This document shows positions 26,539-39,198 of a stretch of 61,260 nucleotides of DNA, piece after piece. The stretch lies in contig NC_068988.1 in NCBI RefSeq assembly GCF_001194135.2, forward strand, positions 59,033,545-59,094,804, written 5' to 3'. Every line of letters starts with the position of its first letter. Positions within the stretch are counted from its first letter, which is position 1. Under the pieces are notes generated by a model that did not search any database, was not told the origin of the DNA, and saw only the letters and a program-made list of their open reading frames with translations. The position numbers and the translations under genes were made by a program. This stretch comes from Octopus bimaculoides. Its lineage: Eukaryota.

Positions 26539-27388
26539 GTTTGCATGTATGTATATATAATCACTTACGTAGCTTTATATGTATATATGTGTGTGTGTGT
26601 GTGTGTGTTTGTATTTATGTATCGGTATAAGATAGCATTGCTTTTCCAACATTTCACCGATCTTTGTTACTAAGTATATTTGCTTTTCGCTCTTTACACT
26701 GACTGCGTCCTTTACACACCACCTTTCCTCAGCTCACTTTTATCGCATTCCTCCTTCTTCTATGTCTCCATCGACTCCTAATTCCTAATTCAGTCCTTGT
26801 CTTACCTTTGCGTTTTATTTACACCACTTATTCCTGCAAACACATGTCTATCTCTGTCCTGCGCTGTCTCACTCTCTCTTCTTTTGTTTCTGTCTATTCC
26901 TCTCTCGTTGCTTGTTATGCAAATCTAAACACCAAGCACCAATCAAGCGATGAAGTTCAGCTTTTTTTTCTTTGTAGAAGTTCAACCCATTAGGATAGAT
27001 AACAAAACAACAAAACAGTATCCAGATGTCCGCAGCAACGGTTCTCGAGAGAATCGAAACAACTCTGGTAAGAATTAAATTCAATGTATCCTGCTTAACT
27101 TCGTTTCCTATTCAAAGAACAGATCACTTACAATACAAGGAAGAGTTTCATCGAAACGAATTTCCCAGAAAACACTACAAGTTTCTACGGCAGACACTTG
27201 AAGCGAATAATAAGCAGGAGGGATTAGAATATTGACACAAAAATACAAGAAAATTTGAAAACAAACGAACTGAAGGAAAATAAGTCTAATCCTAAAACAT
27301 AAAAATAAACAGTTAATATCAATTGACACGGACAACGGAACTATTTGTAATTTACGAAAGGAAGAAGTAGCAGCAAAAATATACAAAT

Positions 27389-27455
27389 ATGTCTGTACTC
27401 TTGTGTATGTATATTGGATTGATAATTCCAATATTTGGTAAGCAATTTTACGAAG
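27389..27455 (+). CDS. Probable first coding exon (signal peptide) of the CUB-domain gene
   Basis: MSVLLCMYIGLIIPIFGKQFYE+G; in-frame TAG at 27368 upstream, A at -3, consensus AAG|GTAAGT phase-1 donor; joins 29306 in frame (G+GA). Confidence 0.65.
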
Positions 27456-27583
27456 GTAAGTCGAGAAATATATTTTTTATTAAATGATTTGTCTTATTTA
27501 TATTCGATTTGGATCTATGTAGAAATTTACAGATGTATTCGCACGCAACCGTAATTATACAATCAAAACCTAGCACACACACA

Positions 27584-27661
<78 letters not shown>

Positions 27662-27866
27662 TACACACACATTCAAAATAAATGATTTGACCTTCAAATT
27701 TTGCATTTCGAACTTTATTGAAGAAAACGTAGGTTTGGTGCACATGACGAAAAAAGTTCATCTTAAACACCCAGTCAACCAGATATGTAATGCCGCCAAT
27801 ATATGTAGTCTTAATTGAAATTTCCTTCATTTGCATTCTCACTGACACAGACTCATGTATATAATA

Positions 27867-27904
<38 letters not shown>

Positions 27905-28055
27905 CAATGTTAATTCTCTAAATGAAGTATTAACAGTAACTGCACGATAAAGTGTAGTATATTGCCACTTAAGTGTGGCTGACCCCTAGGGGTGGATGTT
28001 ACTGTTGCTTTTAGCCCCAGGAGGACATCTCCTCCAGCTGGCTTATATATATATA

Positions 28056-28263
28056 TTCCTTTACTCTTACTTTGACTTGTTTCAGTCATTTAATTGCATA
28101 CATACAAATCGACCTCGAGACTTATTCCTTGTAAGCCTAGTACTTATTCGATCGGGTCTTTTGCAGAACCGCTAAGTAGCCACATCAACGTCGGCTGTCA
28201 AGCGATGGTGGGATAAGAGACACAGACACACAACTACATATACTGACACACAACTACATATAC

Positions 28264-28312
<49 letters not shown>

Positions 28313-28438
28313 CATATATATATACACTACGGGCTTCTTTCAATTTTCATCTACCATATCCACCCACAAGTCTTTGGTAGGCCCAACCTGGCAACAGTAG
28401 AAACACTTTCCTAAGTTACCACGGTTTTAGACCAAACT
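28056..28438 (-). mobile_element. tRNA-derived SINE with internal (CA)n
   Basis: cttgtttcagtcattt...gtaagcctagtacttattc...gctgtcaagcgatggtggg...acgggcttctttc...ccatatccacccacaag, colinear with 53222-53630. Confidence 0.8.
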
Positions 28439-28498
28439 NNNNNNNNNNNNNNNNNNNNNNNNNNNNNNNNNNNNNNNNNNNNNNNNNNNNNNNNNNNN

Positions 28499-28530
<32 letters not shown>

Positions 28531-29305
28531 TCCCTTTGTGTATATGTATATCTTTCTCTGATGCATATATGTGTGCGATTCAAAATGACAGAAAACCCAT
28601 TACCATTACTTATAGAAAGGAGGCATATTACGTACACTCTCCAGATATCTTTGTTTTCAGAAACAAAGTAATAGAGAGGTAGCCCATGGGAATTATGTTA
28701 ACCAATACGTTACTATAGAGAACACGAATGTTACATATATTCACTTTCGAATAGGTAGCCATGAATAAACTGCTTTGTGGGCGCCGGTCTGTCAGGTTTT
28801 ACCCTGTAGCAGGACCTTTGAAAATACGTTATTTTTTCTAAATAAGTTATTTTCTAAAAGGCTTGTAGTAGCTTTTCAAGAATGCATGGCTACACTTTTC
28901 TTACGTAAATAACAACGATCTAGGTACGCGACGGCTGAACCATTGCCATGGCAAGCTCAGACGCTGCTATGCATCACATCAGAGTTTCTTATAAGTCTGC
29001 TAATACCCAGCTATAGTTTGACACATTTGTTTCTGACTCTGAATGGATAGATTCAAAATTTAACTGGAAGACATATGAGAAAAGTACGAGGAGTGTCAGA
29101 AGTATTACCGTATGACATCTAATTTAATTATCTCTTTTCCTATTCTTTATTGAAAAATATGGGTAAATGAACGTTTGTGCGTCAATATGTTCGCGCGCCC
29201 GTGCGTGTGTATGTGTGTTTGTGTGTGTGTATGTATGTATGTCTACGCGTGTGCACGCCCTTTTTTATGTTTGTTATCAGTGAGTATCATTTTATGTCTT
29301 TGTAG

Positions 29306-30526
29306 GACATCGCTCAAATACGTTTAAATCGTCTGCCTCGTTTCCTAGTCACCTGAAATTTAAGGATGGATATCACCAGGATAGTTTATTTGCTACCGAT
29401 ATCAAACCAAGAACTGACTCCACGAGAACAACACCAACGACCAGAGTAAGAAGAGAAACGATGACTATATCAAAAACGATAACATCTACAGCGAAAATAG
29501 CACTATCCTTAAAATTAAGGAATAGAACACTAACAATGTCAAAACATGCGAAAAAAAGCAATACAGGATATCCAGTATCCAACATACGATCTTCATCATT
29601 ATCTTCGTCGTCGTCATCATCATCATCATTGTTATCATGGCAGTCCCAATTGTCAACGTTATCGTCATCTTTATTAACAGCATCATTACTGTTCACTCCA
29701 CCTTCTACCACTTCTTCCATTCCGCCCATCTACTCCAACTACTCCAACTACTCATCAACAAGCCTCTTCCCAACATCTTCACCGTCAAGATCACAATTAT
29801 TATTTCATTTGTCAACGGAAAAAAACAAATTGAAACTGAGTCAAACGTTCAACAGATCTTTTTCAAATGATTTAGAAGTCGTATACCCAATCGTAAGAGA
29901 TAAAAAATCAACAATATCTAAAGCAGCAATCGCTGCCGAAGCCAGCCTGGTATATGAATTAAGGCAATCTAATGGTAATGAGAGCTTTATCTACTCTAAT
30001 AGCTCAAATATGCAAAGTGGAATTAATATATCTTTGATAACAACAACACTTCCAAATAATTCGACGGTTTCTAACAATTCAAGTGAACTTAAGACAACCA
30101 CCAACAAAACAGCTGAAGAACCGATACAAAGAGAAACAACAGGACTTATAAATAATATCAATAATGATGTTGCTCTTGCTCATTCTCAAACTTCATGCCG
30201 AATGAAATTGACAACAAACGAAGGAGTGATTGTAAATCGGGGTTACCCTTATGCATATGCAAGCTTCGAAAGTTGTGAATGGGAAGTACAAATTTCTCGT
30301 GAATTTCGCATAAAAGTGATTTTTGAAGATTTAGATTTAGAATTTAATAAAGACGTTCTCGAAATTTCGTTCGTTGATGAGAGCAAACGGTTCTTTCGCC
30401 GTTATACAGGTAGAAAATTACCACCTCCTATCATTCTTGATACTGATCATCTGACATTTGTTTTCCGTTCCGACAGTAAAGGATATGGGAGAGGATTTTA
30501 TATACGTTTCGAACAGACTCACCAAG
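29306..30526 (+). CDS. Large exon: RVRR site, Ser/Thr-rich stalk, CUB domain 1
   Basis: 1221-nt open phase 1-1 exon (tttgtag| ... caag|gtaagt); CUB from 30196: CRMKLTTNEGVIVNRGYPYAYASFESCEWEVQ...FEDLDLE..DVLEI..YTG..FVFRSDSKGYGRGFYIRF. Confidence 0.93.
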
Positions 30527-31602
30527 GTAAGTCGTCATGAATGTGTTTATTCTTGCAATTCTTCGTGAGAAATTAGGTGTTAGTTAAATAGGTAGACACT
30601 TCTTTCCTTTCCCAAGAAAGCAATCATCAGCATTATCATAATCAGCTCATTCGAATGCGCATCTACGCATTTGTTTATATAAAGGTATTTATATAAAGGT
30701 ATTTATATAAAAGTATACAATTGAAATATAAATGGATTATTAATATATGCAATACAAATATGAATACAGAAACATTGTCCACAATCATTTCGCTCCACTT
30801 TACATATGAAGTAGTTAATTTATTTATGTCATTCCCACCCCCATCATCAAGTTCTTGTTTGCTTCTGAAAGTATTAATGTAGAACACTTAGCCAGTGTTC
30901 CTTATATAGGTGGTACGTCAATGAGATTTAGATGATATTTCTATCGTTGAAAAGGCTATTGAATTTCTCACATGCCAAATTCCTAATTAAAGATAACAAA
31001 ACTTAGGGGTATATGAAATTAAACGTTGCCTGGCTAAAATTTCGGAACTTTTCATAATATTACGCATAAAATATACTCAATCGCTAAACATTATATCTGA
31101 ATAAACTAGGGTTAGTTCTGCCACGTTTACCAATTTTCTAACGTTGAAAGATATGCTTTTCAAACGTACGATAAAAATGTATTTTAAGTCATCAAAAAGA
31201 AAATACAAATCGGAAACGCAAACGATTATTTCATTAATTTGGAAGATCATTGGTGTGAAAACATCAGTTTCAGTTTAGCGAAACATTCCATTCATGCTAT
31301 GGAACCTGTATCAGGACCTAATTTTCTGTTTTGTTATTCACTTCTAACAAAAGCTACATAAACCGACTAATACTTCACTGTCGTCTCCCTCCGATATTTG
31401 CGCTCACACACACACACACACACACACATACACCTAAACCTTCACGGATACACAAGTACATGCTCNNNNNNNNNNNNNNNNNNNNNNNNNNNNNNNNNNN
31501 NNNNNNNNNNNNNNNNNNNNNNNNNNNNNNNNNNNNNNNNNNNNNNNNNNNNNNNNNNNNNNNNNNNNNNNNNNNNNNNNNNNNNNNNNNNNNNNNNNNN
31601 NN

Positions 31603-31673
<71 letters not shown>

Positions 31674-33500
31674 TACGCTCTTGATGTTTCTGTCTGCATT
31701 AACAGCACAAGCATCTTCATTGCGTCTGTTTTATGTAAACGACCCGTTTCTTACCCCTTTCTCTTTCCCTATCGTTGCATATCGTCACTCCCAAAATCCA
31801 AAAGCTTCAATACCCTTTTCACAATACCCTGATCTAGGCATACTTGACTGTTTTGCATTCCCACCTAATTCCTTCTCTAGGTAATCGTTGATGTTGCATG
31901 ATTTCATTCTCCTTCTTTTTAAATTACGTCCATTTTTTTTTTTTTGATGAACATACTTTCTCCACTTTCGGGCGGAAACGTAACAATTGTGACCTTTTAG
32001 TCCATAGCTTCTCTACACCTCCTAACACGAAACCAACATCTTTCTACTGAGCTCCGTCTCACATACACCATGCAATCAGAAAGGTAATGGCATCATTGGA
32101 CCATAAGAATTTTGCTTTCTGATGATTTGACCCGCGGAACTAGAGATATTGTTAACTTGATTGTCTGTTTAGTGGCCTCACATATTGGAAAAACGCCGGA
32201 TGGTATCGGATGGTAGCAACAACGATTTCTATTAAATGTTCTTAAAAACCGACACAAGCCGTCTAGATTCTATGGTGTTATTTCCAACAATCGTACGATC
32301 ATATCATACAGAATTACCATTCCAACCTTCCTCTTTGCACTCCTCCATAATACATCATATACAACTCATTGACCACACACTGTCATATGCATCTCTACCA
32401 TAACAGTCTGAACATATCACAATACAGTATTGCACTGACTACTCAAATTCGGAAGCATAGTATGCATACTATTTCGCCTTAAACCAGAACAAACCCACTC
32501 CAGCTAACCTCCACTGCAGACATTTCTAAACATAACACATCACAGACACATCACGTGAGGTACCTCTCCCGTCGTTTAACACTAAGCTATTTTATGCATT
32601 CATGCTATGAAATAAATTTATTCCATTATACATGGTTATAAACATTACTACAAAAAAAAATGTGTAACTTTTTGTTCTGCTCGTGTGTGTGAACGTCTGT
32701 GTATCTGTCACATTGTACATATACGTATATAGGATATATATTCCAATTTTAGCTGGATATTGCACTATATAATAGAACAAGAGAAGAACATATAAACAAC
32801 TAAAGAAAATAACCACTATTTTCATATGCTATATGCTATACTATTTTACCACGAAAACTCATTAAATGGTCGTTTAAAGAAAATATCCGAGTAACTCTGA
32901 ATTCATCGAGGAGGCGCCAAACGGGAGAATTATGCTACACATCCCGATACCTGCATACTCAAATATCAAAATAATTCCAAGACCACCACATACACTACCA
33001 TCTTATAACCATTATTACTTCCTCTCTTTCCATCACTTTCTACTCCTCCCCACCAAATACAAACAGAAATGCCCACATACCCCAATCAACATTCTATTAG
33101 TCAAAATTGATAAACCACTCTCAGTTAAACATCAATTTGTGGCATATTTCTCGAAGAAATGAATGCAGGAACATCATATACCCGATGTCCATGGATGCTA
33201 CGGACTGAGTTATAATCTTCACAGGTATACGGACTGTCATCTGAAGAAAAGCGTGACTTGTGGAAACGCGTGTAGCGATGCATTAAAATATTTACAAATT
33301 CCCTCGAAAGATTATTTCTATATTTAACATACATTATATCGACACAGCTTGGTGTGACCCCAAAAATCTAATATTTCCAGTCGGCACCTTTAGGCTGTAG
33401 CCGGCATAATAGAATTGGAGTTTTTATATTCATATTCCAAATGTATCCAATAAACTTAAAAGGATATGTACATACATACATTCATACATACATACATGCC

Positions 33501-33912
<412 letters not shown>

Positions 33913-33935
33913 AATTCCTCTATTTAGATATAGAG

Positions 33936-33975
<40 letters not shown>

Positions 33976-34189
33976 TTACAGGTGTGTGTGTGACCCTGTG
34001 TGTGACTATGTGATCATATATGTGAATGCCCAAGTATATGTATGGATATATTTCGTACGCTTGCAAAAAGAAATTTCTGTATTTCAATGAGATTTTTAAA
34101 TTTTATTTTCCGTGTTAATCGGTATATTACTCACACATGCACACACCCACACACCCACACAGTACAAACATATGCTGGAACACCGCATG

Positions 34190-34327
34190 ACTTATTCTTT
34201 ATAAGCCTAGTACGTATTTTATCGGTGTCTTTTGCCTAACTGCTAAGATACGGGGACGTAACCACAAGCGATGGCGGGGTAGGGGGACAAATACGAGCAC
34301 ACAACTACACAAACACACGCATATATG

Positions 34328-34379
<52 letters not shown>

Positions 34380-34396
34380 CATATATATACACACAC

Positions 34397-34478
<82 letters not shown>

Positions 34479-34600
34479 GACGTACTTCTTACAATTTCCA
34501 TTTACCAAATCCACTCACAAGTTTCTTGTAGATGACACTAGTCCAAGGTGCCACGTAGTGGGACTGAACCCGGAACCATGTGGTTAGGAATCAACCTTCA
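34190..34600 (-). mobile_element. tRNA-derived SINE with internal microsatellite
   Basis: taagcctagtac...caagcgatggcgggg...ccaaatccactcacaag...ccaaggtgccacgtagtgggactgaacccggaaccatgtgg; the head carries a B-box on the minus strand. Confidence 0.8.
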
Positions 34601-35383
34601 GGGATTTCGAAATGCCAGAGATCTACGCCTCGAAAAGTATGGGTCAGATTCTGAGGGCTGCAAATGCAGTTGAATCATGCAACTCGATTCCCTTTCGTGT
34701 AGGCTTGTTCATGCACACAGATGCTGCTCCGCCACCAGCAGCTAACACAAAATTCTACAGGCTCAGATCCACATTCTTTTACGACTGATGTATGCTTATA
34801 ATATAAATCTTGTAATATACGTAATGAACCAAATATTCACAGAGTGTAATTGAACTTTTAACTGTCAAAGTGTAAAATCTGCATTATGAAATCCTTTTCG
34901 CATTTTATTATGTAGTGTAATCCATTAATTGCTCAATAGCTATACTATCAAAAATTGCGTAGTATGAATTGCAGTCAACCCATTCATCTTCTGTATTATA
35001 TTATACACAGCGTTAAGTGCACATAGTGTTTTGTTACATTCACTGTGTTCTAAATATCAAAATGTATCTATTTGATATTGCTTTTCTCGTTGCATTCTCT
35101 GGATATTGTATTGTGAGTATTAATATTATTCCTTTTGAATACTTTATTAGTCAAATATCCGTCAGAATGCTACAGCCACAATTGCAAGGTCTTTTTAGGA
35201 GTCACATTTAATTTTTTTCTTACAATTTAAGTTTCTGTGTTTGTTCATCAGTACAATTCAATGAATGGTGATCTACATGTTTCTAAGGAAGAAATGTGTA
35301 GAATATACCAAAAATGCTATCTTTGAAAACTACAAGAAGCAAATAATGATCTAAAGCAAATTATAACTAATGTCTATTTGCAG

Positions 35384-35493
35384 AAGCTTCAGTTCATTTA
35401 CTACCAAATCCATTCTGTCATGAATTATTGACATCATCAGAAGGTAGTGTGTCAACACCTGGCTATCCTCTTTGGCATTATTCAAATAGTGAG
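35384..35493 (+). CDS. Exon: N-terminal part of CUB domain 2
   Basis: ttgcag|AA..EASVHLLPNPFCHELLTSSEGSVSTPGYPLWHYSNSE|gtgagt, phase 1 to 0, in frame with both neighbours. Confidence 0.9.
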
Positions 35494-36638
35494 GTGAGTT
35501 CATTCAATTCATAAACAGATATTTTAAAAATTAGTCACGAAAAAATTTTAAATTTGCAATTTTTATACATTCAAATATTCTCAATGGATTTTCAGAAAAT
35601 CTTTTTAGAATTACTTGATAGAAGTGTCAGTAAAGACAATAAAAGTGCTGCAGAAAACTGGATTGAGGAATCTGGTCAAACAAAATTTGTCATTGTTTAC
35701 TCAGTGAACTGAGTGCAAAGTTTTCGATAATGTAAACTTAAACTACAGAATTCTCGTTTAAGTAAATAGCCACTCTACACAAAATTTACAACAGAAGAAA
35801 TATATATTAATATCATCTCATACATATACATATATATACGTAACATGGTATAATTATAAACAGGGCCAATTTAAATAATTTCTGCGCTAAATGAACAGAA
35901 ATTAATGAATAACCGTAATCGATTTTCGAAGCTTATTGGGTTTTCATCAGAGGCGTCCACATCACTTTTACAATATCCGAAGAAACAAGCAGCCAAACTG
36001 TTTATATACTCAACAACTGCAGCCGTTGCTCTATGAAGGGGTCCCTAATTTGTATACCGTAAGTGTTTCACACTCTACACTATATATAAGGGTAAAAATT
36101 ATTAAAATAATAATTTATAGCAGTCGTTAGCGTCCATAATAAAATTCGGAAGACATAAATATTTATATAATATAAGGGAATTTTTTTACATGATAAAAAG
36201 GACAGTGAAATCATAAACACGAAAAAACATTCTTATGGCACATTGCTTGTAAGTAAGCAGGTTGAATGAATAATACTCTCTGTTAACCCTATACCCCAGA
36301 GTTTTACTATTAATGATAAAAAATGAATTAATTAGTCGATTGATTAATTAACCTTTGTCAGTAACATCGCTGTAAAATGTATAATTATGAAACTTTACTA
36401 TGTTCCGCAAACACAAAGTAAATACATGCGCATTTAGTTTCTTCTTTATACATCAAAAATTCAAATCGAATATCCTTAAGCCACAATCCGAATAAATTCA
36501 AAAGTGTATTATATGGCCGAAGAATTGCAATATTTATCTATATAAAATGAAGGGTAAACATTATTAGAATTGTGGTCTTCAGTGATAACAGACTGAACTG
36601 GTGGTCTTCTCACCGTTATAAATTTTGAAACACTTTTG

Positions 36639-36690
<52 letters not shown>

Positions 36691-36869
36691 ACACACACAC
36701 ACACATACGCACACACATATGTGTGTGTGTGTGTGTTTATATATATATATATGTGTGGGTGTATTTATATATAATATATATATATATAATAAGTATAAAT
36801 ATGATATATATATATATATATATGTAATATACATATATATAATATATACAAACATGTGAGGGAGAGTGC

Positions 36870-37775
36870 AGATAAAGAAGCCTGGGTTATCCAAAACATT
36901 AAGTCAAACCCAAAGGCCTTCATTCATTATGCAAAAGAAACAGACTCAGTACGCTGCAAGATAGGCTCCTTCTTCCAAAAGGATGGCTCCCTGCATCAGT
37001 GAGGGACGGAATGACCAGTTCAAAAATATCTTTACCACCCCGTTGGAACACAGACAAATGAACGAACCAGCGTGTTTGTTTTCCACCTCACCTATAACCA
37101 GCGAGGCAGTTACGATGGAATACAATGCCTTTATTGAAGAAGATATACTACTAGCCATAGATGAGGTGGACGCAAACTCAACTGCTGGTAATGATGGTTT
37201 CCCAACAATCCTCTTCAAATCATGTAAGAGTGTCCTGGCAAAACGCCTCCATATTCTCTTCCAGATATTTCTTGCAAATGGCAGGCTGCCACCCTTGCTA
37301 ACTACGCAGATGACACAAAAGGCGCAGAAGATACAGAACCCCAGCGTTGTTGCACATCTGCAACAGGAACCGGACTCAGTTTACAGATGGGCTGAGGATA
37401 ATAATATGCAGTTTCGTGCTGAAAAATTCCAAGCCCTGCGCTACCAGCGTCCAAAACTGAATTTGAAACTTACAGGGTTACAATCCCAGAGCCTAAATTA
37501 GTGATAGACTTGAGTATTCACATGAGTGATGATACCCCTTTCCAAGTGTACAAAGTGGATGTAGGCGTTTTCAAATCAAGGCTGGACCTCTTCCTGTCGA
37601 GAGTCCCAGATGAACCTACCTCACTGCAAGATGTGCAAATGAGGGTAGCTACATCAAGCTCCATTTTTCACCAAGTGCGACATATTAGAGGAGGCTCTCA
37701 GTAATGACAGTGTGGCAAAAGGGCGGTGCTCTAGTATGGCTACAGCTCTGAGCTGAAACTACAAAGAAAAATAAA
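36870..37775 (+). mobile_element. Internally deleted CR1-group LINE ORF2 remnant with 3' tail
   Basis: IKSNPKAFIHYAK, STAGNDGFPTILFKSCK, ATLANYADDTK, WAEDNNMQF..KFQALRY, FKSRLDLFLSRVPDEP; 3' tail ggcggtgctctagtatggctacag..gctgaaacta. Confidence 0.85.
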
Positions 37776-37829
37776 AGAAATATATATATGCATATATACT
37801 AATTATTTAATGGTACAATACATGTATTG

Positions 37830-38330
37830 AAGCGCCACTATTAGTTTCTTATGTTGAGATAACTCAAACAGATTCTTCAGGCGCAAACCACATATAACGA
37901 ACAAACAAAAACTGAATAATAGAAGCAACGCGAAAAAACTGAGAAGGCAGCATATAGAAAAACACAGACAGTCAACAACCGAAGACAAAAAAACGGAAAA
38001 TGAAAACCGTAAAATTAAAATGTCAAAAATAAAAAGTAAAAGAACTATCCGTAGGCCTTAAATGATAAGGCTGAAAAATTATCAAGTCAGTCAGGAATAG
38101 GCCGAATTTTCCAATTCTTCAAAATATATGCATGTAACCACTGAAAATATAAGCATGCAACCACTGAAAATTTCTGACACGGAGTTGAATGGAGAGTTAG
38201 GGATCTTAGATCCAAACAGGATGTTCGCTCTTTCAGCCAAACAACATCTACATTTATTTGATCCATTCACATAAGGTATGGATGTCTCAAATACTTTCCA
38301 TTTAATCACATGTGGCGTTTCGTTATATAC
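37830..38330 (-). mobile_element. Penelope-like element, 3' fragment (end of GIY-YIG region plus 3' UTR/pLTR)
   Basis: IKWKVFETSIPYVNGSNKCRCCLAERANILF...NSVSEIFSGC resembles the conserved PLE C-terminus (KW.IL...Y......C.LCL.EK..I....LN...E....C). Confidence 0.75.
37832..37884 (-). ncRNA. Type I hammerhead-ribozyme-like fold (probably inactive)
   Basis: Minus strand GCGC-CTGAAGA-[stem II tgttTgag/ttat/ctcaaca]-GAAACT-AAT-AGT-G-GCGC; core intact but the cleavage-site base is G. Confidence 0.6.
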
Positions 38331-38399
38331 GAGGTGTGAGAGAGAGAGAGGGCGAGGAAGATAGTTTTCAAATTGAACATGTGGAAAAATCTCAAAATC

Positions 38400-39198
38400 T
38401 ACGAGATATTATGAATAAGTATCCGGACTATTGCCATAGTAACTAAGCTAATGTAGGCAAAGTAAAGGCACTTGGAAAAGATTGACCTTGATCTCTAGGC
38501 TGCAAATGCCCTAAATTTTAAATCTCTAGGTTACTTCTGCTGTTTACAGCACACCTTGCAAGAAAGGTGTGTAGCGTATGATCATCGCATTGACCATGAC
38601 AAAGAAAGTTGTCATGGCAATACCTGTTCAGAGGCCTACGCACGGTTGCAGAAAGTGTATGGAGAGGGGTGCATGAGCCGCACACAAGTGAACGACTGGT
38701 TCAGACGTTTCCAATTTGGCCGAAAAATGTCGATATTGACCAACGTCCAGGGAAACCCACAACCAGCAGATCTGAAAAAAAAGCCCCATCGCAGGTGTGC
38801 GTGCGGCTGTGAGGGGAAATCGTCTAATCACCGTCAGTAAGTTATCAGACAATCGGCAGATTAGTTACGTTTCAGTTCAGTCCGTTATCACTGAAGATTT
38901 TGGTATGAGATGCTTGTCTAAACTTTGTGTAGGGTTCTGAGCAGATATCTCCAAGCTTTTAGCAAAACTTGATACTGATTCTCTCTTCAACTTACCCTGC
39001 CATTGTCAATGTGACGATCACCCGTTATACACCTTCCTTCCAAGCACTGTGTGAATAGCGGAAGTGAGCTAGAATCTGAAAATTTAGTGCGCACGTACTG
39101 CAGAGCTCAGGGTCAATCTGTGCCAAGCGACTTTAATCTGCGTGTTTTAGCTTCGTTACAATGACAGCATTTCTTATATTTATTGATCAAACCACGTA
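38400..39198. mobile_element. Second copy of the 5'/5' mariner derivative (opposite orientation to 10337-11045)
   Basis: TA at 38400-01 and 39197-98; long + arm with EAYARLQKVYGEGCMSRTQVNDWFRRF...ITEDFGMR; short - arm with ERISIKFC*KLGDICSEPY. Confidence 0.85.

Noticed and set aside
27026-27235. 69-aa ORF faintly like a Penelope N-terminus
   Set aside because: No diagnostic motif, and it overlaps the probable 5' UTR of the CUB gene.
29373-29729. Minus-strand Asp-rich ORF overlapping the large exon
   Set aside because: Antisense shadow of the Ser-rich codons on the + strand.
30672-30715. Three 14-bp tandem units (atttatataaaggt)
   Set aside because: Ordinary slippage minisatellite; no spacers, so not CRISPR-like.
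33235-33282. CTGAAGA...GAAAC-GCGT-GTA hammerhead-like motif
   Set aside because: Core and stem III fit, but stems I and II do not pair as written; at most a decayed relic.
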